This document shows positions 1-8,606 of a stretch of DNA of 64,000 bases, piece after piece; the first letter of the stretch is position 1, and the number at the start of each line of letters is the position of its first letter. A program made the translations under genes and the position numbers. The notes beneath the pieces were generated by a model. That model was not told the origin of the DNA. It saw only the letters and a program-made list of their open reading frames with translations, and did not search any database. This stretch comes from Magnetovibrionaceae bacterium (GTDB taxonomy: Bacteria; Pseudomonadota; Alphaproteobacteria; Rhodospirillales; JBMYSY01), in the NCBI GenBank assembly GCA_049603795.1, contig JBMYSY010000011.1:920-64919 (forward strand), given 5' to 3'.

Positions 1-1
1 C

Positions 2-205
2 TGGGGGGTCGAGCTGGCTCGTCAAGTGGGCTTGACCCTGATCGGGCGGGCCCGTGGCAGGCGTTTCATCGCGCTGTCCGGCGAGGACCGCATCGTCTTC
101 GACGGGGATCCCTCTGCTCAGGATGATGAGCCGGAACATCTCGGGCGGAAAGGTGCCCGGGGCCGGAAAGGTGGCGGGAAATCCGAAGCGGAGATCGACC
201 CATGA
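2..205 (+). CDS. fdhD: FdhD-like formate dehydrogenase accessory sulfurtransferase, C-terminal fragment (5' end outside window)
   Basis: The frame is open from the window edge to TGA 203-205. The translation ..VELARQVGLTLIGRARGRRFIALSGEDRIVFDG.. resembles the conserved FdhD C-terminus. Its stop overlaps the mobA start (ATGA). Confidence 0.6.
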   Translation, partial: WGVELARQVGLTLIGRARGRRFIALSGEDRIVFDGDPSAQDDEPEHLGRKGARGRKGGGKSEAEIDP

Positions 206-831
206 CGGGCGGGCCCCCGATCGCCGGGCTGATCCTGGCCGGAGGTCTCGCGCGCCGGATGGGGGGAGGTGACAAGGGCCTGAAACAGGTCGGCGGACGG
301 CCTGTTCTTGATTGGGTGGTTGAGCGCGCAAAGGCCCAGACGGCTCCCCTGATCCTCAATGCGGGCGGCGACCCCAATCGTTTCAAAGCCTATGGCCTGC
401 CGGTGGTCGAGGACGTGGTGCCGGGGGCGCAGGGACCTTTGGCAGGCATCCTGACCGGCCTCGACTGGCTGGCGCAGCATCACCCCGGAATTGAATGGAT
501 GGTCTCCTTCACGACCGATGCGCCCTTTATTCCCCGCGACCTGGCCCAACGGCTCTGGCAGTCTTGCGAAGAGCGCTCGGCGGAATTGGCCTGTGCGGTT
601 TCCAATGGACGAACCCATCCGGTGTTCGGTCTATGGCGGGTGGGTTTGCGCGCAGACCTCCGCGATGCCCTGGTCGGCGAGGAGATGCGGAAAATCGATC
701 GCTGGACCGCTCGCTACGCCCTTGCCGAGGTCGAATTCGACACCCACCCGGTCGATCCGTTTTTCAACATCAATCGCCCGGAAGACCTGGCCGAAGCGGA
801 AGAATTGTTGACGGCGAAAGCTATCAGTTGA
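202..831 (+). CDS. mobA: Molybdenum cofactor guanylyltransferase MobA
   Basis: The 209-aa ORF has the N-terminal LILAGGLARRMGGGDKGL nucleotide-binding signature and a MobA-like body. It is translationally coupled to fdhD. Confidence 0.9.
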   Translation: MTGGPPIAGLILAGGLARRMGGGDKGLKQVGGRPVLDWVVERAKAQTAPLILNAGGDPNRFKAYGLPVVEDVVPGAQGPLAGILTGLDWLAQHHPGIEWMVSFTTDAPFIPRDLAQRLWQSCEERSAELACAVSNGRTHPVFGLWRVGLRADLRDALVGEEMRKIDRWTARYALAEVEFDTHPVDPFFNINRPEDLAEAEELLTAKAIS

Positions 832-971
832 CTTTTGGTAGCACCTCTGTCACAGAGCGTTGTTAAGAATTGTTACAAGACGTCTGGACAACGATCCGGC
901 AGGCCCCATATGGGTGGGTACGACCACCCGGGACCACCAACAAAACAACCCCGGTAGGGGAGAGGTATCAC

Positions 972-1388
972 ATGATCGGTCTTTGCTGGCTCCGCGGCCT
1001 CGCGGTAGCCCTTTTCCTGCTTCCGTTCACCCTGACTGCGGTTTCCGCCGAAGAGGCGATGAATCAGGACGACGGTTCCTTTGCGACGGCGGCCATGGAG
1101 CCGGTGCCCTCTCTGCTTCAAACACCCATCCCGAGCGAAGGCCTGAAAGCCGCTTCGGTCGATGGCGTGATGGCGGACTGGTATGCCCGGGCCTATGTGG
1201 AAAACAGCGGCCACTTCTGCCCGTCGGATTTCCCCGACAGCCACTGGAGCCTGCCGGCACTTTGTTTCCAATCCTGTTCGGACGGCTATGAAGGCCACCT
1301 GTTCCCGGGCATTGCCGTCTGTGCGGCCTGCCCGAACGGCTTCCAAGAGGTCGACCTTGAAGGCGACGGGGTTATCTGTCGCCGGTAA
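972..1388 (+). CDS. Small exported Cys-rich hypothetical protein
   Basis: An ATG at 972 follows GGAGAGG. The N-terminus MIGLCWLRGLAVALFLLPFTLTAVSAEEA looks like a signal peptide. The C-terminal third holds 8 Cys. No family was recognised. The six-frame ORF extends to 870. Confidence 0.5.
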   Translation: MIGLCWLRGLAVALFLLPFTLTAVSAEEAMNQDDGSFATAAMEPVPSLLQTPIPSEGLKAASVDGVMADWYARAYVENSGHFCPSDFPDSHWSLPALCFQSCSDGYEGHLFPGIAVCAACPNGFQEVDLEGDGVICRR

Positions 1389-1579
1389 GCCCTGGCGTGC
1401 AGGGCCGGTTGGGATAACACGATAGGCACCCTGGCGGACCTTTCCGCCCGTAGCAGCCAGCGTTAAGATGATCGCGGTGATTCTGTTCGCAGAGCCACCG
1501 CGATTTTTTTTGATCCAAACCCGTGCACGCCGGGGGCCTGTCCGTTCCGTGCCGCATTTTTTTGGGGTGTGCTTCTCTC

Positions 1580-2227
1580 ATGGCCGTGAATCTCGACCTT
1601 CGTGTTGCCCAGCTGCTTTGTTCGCGTGTCTGCCACGACCTTGTCGGCCCCTCCGGTGCGATCAATGCGGGGTTGGAATTGATGATGGAGCAGTCGGGCC
1701 AATTGGACGGTCCTGATGGGCCCCTATCCCTGGTCGAACGTTCTGCACAGATGATGGGGCATCGCCTGGCTTTCTATCGGGTGGCCTTTGGCTCCGGTGG
1801 CGGCGGAGGGCCGAGGCCACTCGCAGAGGCGGCGAAACTGTCGCGGGACTTTTTGTCCGATAGTACGGTTTCACTGGAGTGGCAGCAGATTGAGGAACAA
1901 GCCCTGGCGGAAGGTGGTTCGAAGCTTCTGCTGAATATGGTGCTCCTGGGGCACGAATGCCTGCCGAGAGGGGGGCGACTCTCCGTCAGCTTTGCCGGAC
2001 TCGATGAAGGGATTGGTGCTGCCATGGTCGCCGAGGGGCCAGGCGCACGTCTGAAGGATGATGTCCGCGCGGCCCTTGACCCGGAAGCGCCGGCCGATCA
2101 TCTGACGGCCCGTAATGCCCACGCCCATTACGCCCAGAAACTCGCGGAAAGCCTGGGCGGCCTGATCGAGGTGGCCGATGGTGCGGGCGATGAAGTGCAG
2201 TTGGCGGTTCTGCTTCCTTTTGCCTAA
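1580..2227 (+). CDS. chpT: ChpT-type histidine phosphotransferase (CtrA phosphorelay)
   Basis: The N-terminal LLCSRVCHDLVGPSGAINAGLELM matches the ChpT H-box helix, followed by a degenerate HATPase-like C-terminal half. At about 215 aa from ATG 1580 it matches the size of Caulobacter ChpT. Confidence 0.7.
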   Translation: MAVNLDLRVAQLLCSRVCHDLVGPSGAINAGLELMMEQSGQLDGPDGPLSLVERSAQMMGHRLAFYRVAFGSGGGGGPRPLAEAAKLSRDFLSDSTVSLEWQQIEEQALAEGGSKLLLNMVLLGHECLPRGGRLSVSFAGLDEGIGAAMVAEGPGARLKDDVRAALDPEAPADHLTARNAHAHYAQKLAESLGGLIEVADGAGDEVQLAVLLPFA

Positions 2228-2511
2228 GGGTACGCCGTGGGGCGAACGAAGTTGACCCGGAACCCGGTGGCAGTCGCGATCAGTCTTCTCGTCTCTCCTG
2301 TCCCTGTGTGGTTGTCCTTGCAAACACGGGGGCACTGGCACTGGCCTGAATCTAGCCCGGATGGCTAGGTTTAAGCCTGGAAAATCAATTGATTGAAGAC
2401 AAGGTGCTGGAAATCGAGTAGAAAACGGTCAAGAGTGGTACAGGGGCAGGTCGCAGGGCCTGCGAAACGGCCCGCAAGACGGCCCGGGGATGAGCATTTG
2501 GGGACTGGCAG

Positions 2512-5500
2512 ATGGATGATCTTTTAAGCGAATTTTTGACCGAAACGTCGGAAAGCCTTGCGGTGATCGACGTTGAACTCGTGAAGTTCGAGCAGAACCC
2601 GAACGACGCGGACATACTTTCAAACATCTTCCGACTGGTTCACACCATCAAAGGCACCTGCGGGTTCTTGGGTCTCCCCCGGTTGGAATCTGTCGCCCAC
2701 GCGGGCGAGAATGTGCTCGGTAAATTCCGCGATGGGGCGCTGGAAGTGACACCCGATGCGGTGACGCTGATCTTGCGCTGCATCGATACCATTCGCGACC
2801 TGTTGGCCGAGTTGGAAGAGACCGGTCAGGAGCCCGATGGCGATGATAGCGAGATCATTGCCCAGTTGAATGACATGGCGGAAGGCAAGTATCACGCCGC
2901 GCCGGCGGCGGCTGCTCCTGCGGCAGATCCCGTCCCCGCGCCCGCCCCCGCTGTTGAAGACACGCCTTTCCCGGTTGCCAAGGAACTGCTGGACGAGGTG
3001 GCCGAAGCTGAAGCTGCCGGTGTCACTGCCGCTTCCGATGCCCAGATGGTTGCTGAAATGGAAGCCGAGGGTGCTTCCGATGCGGGGCCCGCCGAAGATA
3101 CGCCTTTCCCGGTCGCCAAGGAGTTGCTGGACGAAGTGGCCGAGGCCGAGGCTGCTGGTGTAACTGCGGCCTCTGATGCTCAGATGGTCGCAGAAATGGC
3201 TGAAGAGAGCGCTGCCGAACAGGCTCCCGCCACTCCGGCCCCGCCGGCTCCCGCCCCGACCCCGCCGGCTGTTGCCGCCAAGCCGCCCGCACCGGTGAAG
3301 AAAGATGCCGGACCGCCGGCTGAGAAGAAAGAACACAAGGAATCCTCCATCGCCGCATCTTCGATCCGCGTGAACGTGGATGTACTGGAAAACCTGATGA
3401 CGTTGGTCAGCGAAATGGTGCTGACCCGGAACCAGCTCTTGCAGATGATCCGCGGTAAGGACGATAGCGAGTTTGCCGCGCCGCTGCAGCGCCTCAGCCT
3501 GATCACGACCGACCTTCAGGAAGGCGTGATGAAAACCCGCATGCAGCCGATCGGCAATGCCTGGGCCAAGCTGCCTCGGATCGTGCGCGATCTGTCGGTT
3601 GAATCCGGCAAGAAGATCGAGCTGAAGATGCTGGGTGCCGAAACGGAACTGGACCGACAGGTGCTGGAGCTGATCAAGGATCCGCTGACGCACATGGTGC
3701 GGAACTCAGCCGATCACGGCCTGGAGGATCTGCAGGGCCGGCGTGCCGCGGGTAAGCCGGAAACCGGTACGATCACGCTCAACGCTTTCCACGAGGGCGG
3801 TCACATCATCATCGAGATCAAGGATGATGGCCGGGGCCTGAACCTGGATAAGATCAAGGAAAAAGCCATCGCCAACGGCGTCGCGACCGAGGCCGAGATG
3901 GAAAACATGGCGGATCAACAGATTTATCAGTTCATCTTTGCCGCCGGGTTCTCGACCGCCGAAAAAGTCACCAGCGTGTCGGGGCGTGGCGTCGGCATGG
4001 ATGTGGTGCGAACCAACATCGAAAAGATCGGCGGTACCATCCAGTTGAAGTCGGTGCCGGGCAAAGGCTCGACCTTTACCATCAAGATTCCGCTGACCCT
4101 CGCCATTGTGTCCGCTCTGATCGTCGAATGCGGTGGGGAGCGCTTTGCCGTTCCGCAGATCAGTGTGCTCGAACTGGTGCGCGCTTCCAACAACTCCGAG
4201 CATACAATCGAGATGATCAACAACTCGCCGGTTTTGCGTCTGCGCAATCGGTTGTTGCCGCTGGTTTCGCTGCGAGAGTTGCTGGCCCTTGATGCGCTCA
4301 AGGCAGAAAAAGAACGCGCCTCTGAGGTGCAGCTGATCAAGCAGCGCAAGGCGGATGCGCTTTCCCAGGCGACGGCAAACGGCTTCTCCGAGGAGGAGGC
4401 CGCACAGATCGCCGCTGCGGCGGCAGAGGGGGACGACACCGAAGGCCTGGATATGGACATGGGCCTGAAGCGGACCTCGGATGAGGTGTTCATCGTCGTG
4501 ACCCAGGTCGGCAACTATACCTTTGGGATCATTGTGGATCGGGTCTTCGACACCGAGGAAATCGTCGTCAAACCGACCGCGCCGATCCTGCGCGATATTC
4601 CCTTCTATTCCGGCAACACCATCCTGGGCGACGGCTCGGTGATCATGATCCTGGATCCGAATGGAATCGCGGCATCGACCGGCCAGGCCGGCATGCAGGG
4701 CGATGGCGAAGCCGAAGCTCAGATGTCTGCTCAGCAGGCCCTGCAGGACGAAACCACGAGCCTGCTCATTTTCCGGGCCGGAGGCCAGGAACTGAAGGCC
4801 GTGCCGCTGGCGCTCGTTGCCCGCCTGGAAGAAGTCGATATGGCAGAGACCGAATCGGCCCACGGCAATATGTTGGTTCAGTATCGCGGCCGCTTGATGC
4901 CTTTGGTCCCGTTCAACGACTACCACGAATGGAAATCCGAGGGTCGCCAACCGATCCTGGTGTTTACCGAAGGTGAGCATTCCATGGGGCTCGTCGTTGA
5001 TGAGATCGTCGATATTGTCGAAGACAAGCTGAAGGTCGAACTGTCGGCCGATGCACCTGGCCTGATTGGCAGCGCGATTATTGCGGGCAAGGCGACGGAC
5101 GTCATCGATGCGGGCCACTTCCTGACCCGGGCCTTCCCCGATTGGTTTGGTGCCAATCAGAACGAAGGTTTCGATACCATCGGCGGAAACAGTGATGGTC
5201 GCCGGGTTCTTCTCGTGGACGACAGTCCGTTTTTCCGCAACCTGCTCAGCCCGCTGCTCTCCGTTGCCGGTTATCAGGTGACCTCGGTCGAGAGCGCGGA
5301 GGGGGCCCTGGATATGCGCGAAAGGGGTTACGAATTCGATGTCATCATCTCGGACATCGAGATGCCGGGCATGAGCGGGTTCGAATTCTGTGCCGATGTG
5401 CGTTCCGATGAACGCTGGCGCGAAATTCCGATGGTAGCGCTGTCCAGTCATGCCACGGAACGGGATTTCGAACGCGGTCGGGAAGTCGGTTTCAATGATT

Positions 5501-5580
5501 ACGTCGCCAAATTTGATCGTGAAGCACTGGTGAGCACCATTGCCGATACGGTTGCCATGGCGAGTGTGACGCGGAATTGA
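2512..5580 (+). CDS. cheA: Hybrid chemotaxis histidine kinase CheA (Hpt, acidic repeat linker, dimerisation/HATPase, two CheW-like domains, C-terminal receiver)
   Basis: Domains read from the translation: Hpt motif RLVHTIKGTCGFLG; HATPase blocks (HMVRNSADHG, DDGRGL, GRGVGMDVV); two consecutive CheW-like segments (FAVPQISVLE.., LLIFRAGGQELKAVPL..); and a REC domain (RVLLVDDSPFFR..DVIISDIEMPGMSG..KF). Confidence 0.95.
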   Translation: MDDLLSEFLTETSESLAVIDVELVKFEQNPNDADILSNIFRLVHTIKGTCGFLGLPRLESVAHAGENVLGKFRDGALEVTPDAVTLILRCIDTIRDLLAELEETGQEPDGDDSEIIAQLNDMAEGKYHAAPAAAAPAADPVPAPAPAVEDTPFPVAKELLDEVAEAEAAGVTAASDAQMVAEMEAEGASDAGPAEDTPFPVAKELLDEVAEAEAAGVTAASDAQMVAEMAEESAAEQAPATPAPPAPAPTPPAVAAKPPAPVKKDAGPPAEKKEHKESSIAASSIRVNVDVLENLMTLVSEMVLTRNQLLQMIRGKDDSEFAAPLQRLSLITTDLQEGVMKTRMQPIGNAWAKLPRIVRDLSVESGKKIELKMLGAETELDRQVLELIKDPLTHMVRNSADHGLEDLQGRRAAGKPETGTITLNAFHEGGHIIIEIKDDGRGLNLDKIKEKAIANGVATEAEMENMADQQIYQFIFAAGFSTAEKVTSVSGRGVGMDVVRTNIEKIGGTIQLKSVPGKGSTFTIKIPLTLAIVSALIVECGGERFAVPQISVLELVRASNNSEHTIEMINNSPVLRLRNRLLPLVSLRELLALDALKAEKERASEVQLIKQRKADALSQATANGFSEEEAAQIAAAAAEGDDTEGLDMDMGLKRTSDEVFIVVTQVGNYTFGIIVDRVFDTEEIVVKPTAPILRDIPFYSGNTILGDGSVIMILDPNGIAASTGQAGMQGDGEAEAQMSAQQALQDETTSLLIFRAGGQELKAVPLALVARLEEVDMAETESAHGNMLVQYRGRLMPLVPFNDYHEWKSEGRQPILVFTEGEHSMGLVVDEIVDIVEDKLKVELSADAPGLIGSAIIAGKATDVIDAGHFLTRAFPDWFGANQNEGFDTIGGNSDGRRVLLVDDSPFFRNLLSPLLSVAGYQVTSVESAEGALDMRERGYEFDVIISDIEMPGMSGFEFCADVRSDERWREIPMVALSSHATERDFERGREVGFNDYVAKFDREALVSTIADTVAMASVTRN
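2956..3198 (+). repeat. Two copies of a 105-nt (35-aa) module inside cheA, separated by 33 nt
   Basis: Copies 2956-3060 and 3094-3198 both encode EDTPFPVAKELLDEVAEAEAAGVTAASDAQMVAEM. They differ at 16 nucleotide positions, all synonymous. Confidence 0.95.
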
Positions 5581-5891
5581 GGCGAAGCTGAACAGGCGGG
5601 CTGATTGGCCGTTCAAAAGGGTATTATCTGCGCTTGGCAACCGGGGGGCGGCATGAGTACTGTTGTCAGGACGCCCATTGGTTAAAAACAAGGGCCAGGG
5701 GTGATCCCGGGATATGGCCTTGGGTGTTCGGCACTTACGTGTCCGACGCGCGGGTGCGTACGATGCTCGGGGGTCGGCTAAGAGAACAGAGCGACCGAGG
5801 CAGGAGTCCTCTTCGGATCAGGCCTCGGGTGACCACCTGGGCGCGAGAGGCGCTCTGGTCAAGGGAAGCAGTTGGGGAAGCGAAGGTAGTC

Positions 5892-6257
5892 ATGAAATCT
5901 TGTTTGATCGTTGATGATTCCAAGGTCATCCGGATGGTCGCCCGGAAAATCCTTCAGGAATTGGAGTTTGGTACAGTCGAGGCAGCGGACGGCCAACAGG
6001 CGCTGGATGCCTGCAAGTCCAGTATGCCGGCAGCCATTCTGCTCGACTGGAACATGCCAGTCATGAGTGGGATCGAATTCCTGCGGGAGCTGCGCAAACT
6101 GCCGAGTGGCGGGGATCCTATTGTCGTATTCTGCACCACGGAAAACGACATTGAACACATCCAGGAAGCCATCGAAGCCGGTGCCAACGAGTACATCATG
6201 AAGCCCTTCGATAGCGAGATTATCCAGGCGAAGTTTTCCCAGGTTGGGCTTCTCTAG
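5892..6257 (+). CDS. cheY: Single-domain response regulator CheY
   Basis: The 121-aa protein from ATG 5892 (MKSCLIVDDSKVIRM..LLDWNMPVMSG..YIMKPF) is a complete receiver domain. The upstream part of ORF 5634..6257 is Arg/Trp-rich and not protein-like. Confidence 0.9.
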   Translation: MKSCLIVDDSKVIRMVARKILQELEFGTVEAADGQQALDACKSSMPAAILLDWNMPVMSGIEFLRELRKLPSGGDPIVVFCTTENDIEHIQEAIEAGANEYIMKPFDSEIIQAKFSQVGLL

Positions 6258-6275
6258 GCCATCGGGGACACGTTC

Positions 6276-7478
6276 GTGGGCATTGATACGCAAGGTAGAT
6301 CGACCGAAAGCAGCCCGTCTGGCGACGTCACCAGAGTGATGATCGTCGACGATTCGGCTGTTGTACGCGGTTTGATTTCGCGCATGGTCGATGGCGAAGC
6401 GAATTTTAAGGTCGTTGCCTCGGTTGGAAATGGCCAGATGGCGGTCAGCAACCTGCAGCGCAATCCCGTTGACGTGATTATCCTGGACATCGAAATGCCG
6501 GTGATGGACGGCCTGACCGCCATACCGAAGCTTTTGGAAGTTGATCCCGAGGTCAAGATCGTCATGGCCTCGACCCTGACCGTACACAACGCCGAGATTT
6601 CCATGAAGTGCCTGGCAGCGGGGGCCTGCGACACGATTGCAAAGCCTTCGTCGTCCCGCGAAATTTCCGGCGGTGTGGACTTCCGTGATCTGTTGCTCCA
6701 AAAAGTCCGCTCGTTGGGCGAGGCGCGAAAGAAGGCCGGGAATCGTCGCGGTGGCGGCACGGCACCGGCACGCCGCGTGCCATTTTCGCGACCGGGCACC
6801 ACACCCGCATCGGGTACGCCGGCATCGTCACCTTCGCCAAAACCCTCGTTGTTGTCGCCGACCGAGCCGGTCAAGGTCCGCCAGCCGGGCCGCCAGAAGC
6901 CAGAGATCCTAGCAATCGGATCCTCCACCGGCGGGCCACAGGCTCTGTTCGTTTTCCTGAAGGCCTTGGACAAGAATATTCGGGTTCCGATCGTCATCAC
7001 CCAGCATATGCCTAAGACCTTTACGACCATCCTGGCGGATCACATCAACCGCATGACGGGCTGGCCATGCGAAGAAGCGACAGACGGCATGTCTTTGCAG
7101 CCGGGCAGGATCGCGCTGGCGCCCGGTGACTACCACATGACCATCGAAGGCAGCGCAGCATCGAAGACCCTTCGACTCAATCAGGATCCGCCGGAGAATT
7201 TTTGCCGACCGGCTGTCGATCCGATGTTGCGCAGTGTTGTGAATGTCTACGGCGGTAAGGCTGCCGTTGTCATTCTGACCGGCATGGGTTCCGACGGGTG
7301 CAAGGGGGCCTCCAAGATCGTGGAGGCCGGGGGTACGGTGGTTGCTCAGGATGAGGAAACCAGCGTTGTTTGGGGTATGCCGGGTGCTGTGGCACAGGCA
7401 GGCCTGTGTTCAGCTGTTCTGGCGCTGGATGATCTGGCGCCCTATGTGAACAGGCTATTGGGTAGGGGCGTGGCATGA
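6276..7478 (+). CDS. cheB: Protein-glutamate methylesterase CheB (REC plus methylesterase, long Pro/Ser linker)
   Basis: It has a REC domain (MIVDDSAVVRG..ILDIEMPVMDG) and CheB catalytic blocks (IGSSTGGPQAL, ITQHMP, GMGSDG, AQDEETSVVWGMP). The start is GTG 6276 (GGGGA RBS) or ATG 6339. Confidence 0.92.
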   Translation: MGIDTQGRSTESSPSGDVTRVMIVDDSAVVRGLISRMVDGEANFKVVASVGNGQMAVSNLQRNPVDVIILDIEMPVMDGLTAIPKLLEVDPEVKIVMASTLTVHNAEISMKCLAAGACDTIAKPSSSREISGGVDFRDLLLQKVRSLGEARKKAGNRRGGGTAPARRVPFSRPGTTPASGTPASSPSPKPSLLSPTEPVKVRQPGRQKPEILAIGSSTGGPQALFVFLKALDKNIRVPIVITQHMPKTFTTILADHINRMTGWPCEEATDGMSLQPGRIALAPGDYHMTIEGSAASKTLRLNQDPPENFCRPAVDPMLRSVVNVYGGKAAVVILTGMGSDGCKGASKIVEAGGTVVAQDEETSVVWGMPGAVAQAGLCSAVLALDDLAPYVNRLLGRGVA

Positions 7479-8530
7479 AGCCAGAGGATTTCGACTTCAT
7501 CAGCACACTGGTGAAACAACGGTCCGGTTTGGTTTTGACAAAGGACAAGGCTTACCTGTTGGAAAGCCGCCTGATGCCGGTTGCCCGCAAGCGCGGCCTG
7601 AAAGGTTTGGAAGAGCTGATCGGTGTGGTCCGCACCCGCAAGGAAGAGGCGCTGATCAAGGAAATCACGGAAGCCATGACGACCAACGAGTCGTTCTTCT
7701 TCCGCGATCTGAAGCCCTTCGACCTTTTCCGAAATAACATTCTGCCTGAACTGATCAAATCCCGCGCGGCAAAGAAATCCTTCCGAATCTGGTGTGCCGC
7801 GGCTTCCAGTGGCCAAGAGCCCTATTCCCTGGCCATGATCCTGAAAGAGGAAGCCGCCAAGCTGGCAGGCTGGCGGATTGAGATTGTCGGCACGGATATC
7901 TCTTCGGACATCCTGAACAAGGCCAAGGCGGGCGTTTATACCCAGTTCGAGGTTCAGCGCGGTCTGCCGATCCAGCTTTTGGTGAAATACTTCAAGAAGC
8001 AGGACGAATATTGGGCGATTGACCCGCAGATCCGCTCGATGGTGCAATACCGCGAATACAATCTGCTGGATAACCTGAGGCCACTCGGTAATTTTGATGT
8101 GGTTTTCTGTCGTAACGTTTTGATTTACTTCGATCAGGAAACAAAGGGTCGGGTGCTGGAACAGGTTGCCAGCCTGATGCCGGATGATGGCGTCCTGTTC
8201 CTGGGTGGTGCCGAGACCGTGCTTGGCATTTCCGACAAATTCAAGCCGCTGGCTGGACAGCGCGGCGTCTACGGCCTGAGTGGCGGTGCCGCTGCCATCG
8301 GTGGTGCAGCAGCTCCCGCCCGGCCTGCCGCACCGGCTCCTGGGGCTCGTCCGGCACCGACGGCCGGTGCGCCACGTCCAGCGGCTCCGGCAACACCGAC
8401 GCGCCCTGCGGCTCCGGCAACTCCGCCACGCCCGACGACGCCACCCCGTCCCACGACACCGGGCTCAGCCGGTACGACCACGCGCCCGGGCTTTACGCCC
8501 AGGCCCAACAGCCCTTTTAAGAAGCCCTGA
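7475..8530 (+). CDS. cheR: Chemotaxis protein methyltransferase CheR with Pro/Ala/Thr-rich C-terminal tail
   Basis: It overlaps cheB by ATGA. It shows the CheR N-terminal helical domain, a SAM-MTase core (IWCAAASSGQEPYSLAM, VVFCRNVLIYFD), and an 80-aa low-complexity tail (RPAAPATP and PRPTTP repeats). Confidence 0.92.
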   Translation: MKPEDFDFISTLVKQRSGLVLTKDKAYLLESRLMPVARKRGLKGLEELIGVVRTRKEEALIKEITEAMTTNESFFFRDLKPFDLFRNNILPELIKSRAAKKSFRIWCAAASSGQEPYSLAMILKEEAAKLAGWRIEIVGTDISSDILNKAKAGVYTQFEVQRGLPIQLLVKYFKKQDEYWAIDPQIRSMVQYREYNLLDNLRPLGNFDVVFCRNVLIYFDQETKGRVLEQVASLMPDDGVLFLGGAETVLGISDKFKPLAGQRGVYGLSGGAAAIGGAAAPARPAAPAPGARPAPTAGAPRPAAPATPTRPAAPATPPRPTTPPRPTTPGSAGTTTRPGFTPRPNSPFKKP

Positions 8531-8551
8531 TACTTTTTCGTTTTTGAAAAC

Positions 8552-8588
8552 AAAAAAAGCGGCCCCGTTTCGGAAGCCGCTTTTTTTT
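8552..8588. terminator. Bidirectional rho-independent terminator between convergent cheR and ctrA
   Basis: The sequence is an A7 run, stem AGCGGC..GCCGCT with an inner CCG/CGG pairing, then a T8 run. This gives a U-tract on both strands. Confidence 0.8.
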
Positions 8589-8606
8589 CGCGTAATCGGT
8601 GAAAGG

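Noticed and set aside
2352-2394. The small palindromes CTAGCC-CGGAT-GGCTAG (2352-2368) and AATCAATTGATT (2383-2394) upstream of cheA, as operator sites.
   Set aside because: They are short elements with no recognisable consensus, no second copy in the window, and no way to assess conservation here.
3706-5691. Very long antisense ORFs opposite recognised genes. Examples: 2620-3693 (minus) and 3706-5691 (minus) opposite cheA; 32879-34348 (minus) opposite TPR-GT41 paralogue 1; 41502-42977 (plus) opposite fliK; 45350-46849 (minus); 56853-57896 (minus); 62516-63919 (plus).
   Set aside because: The opposite strand encodes proteins with clear family signatures in each case. The antisense translations are Arg/Gly/His/Pro-rich with no motifs, which is the usual stop-codon-poor shadow frame of GC-rich DNA.
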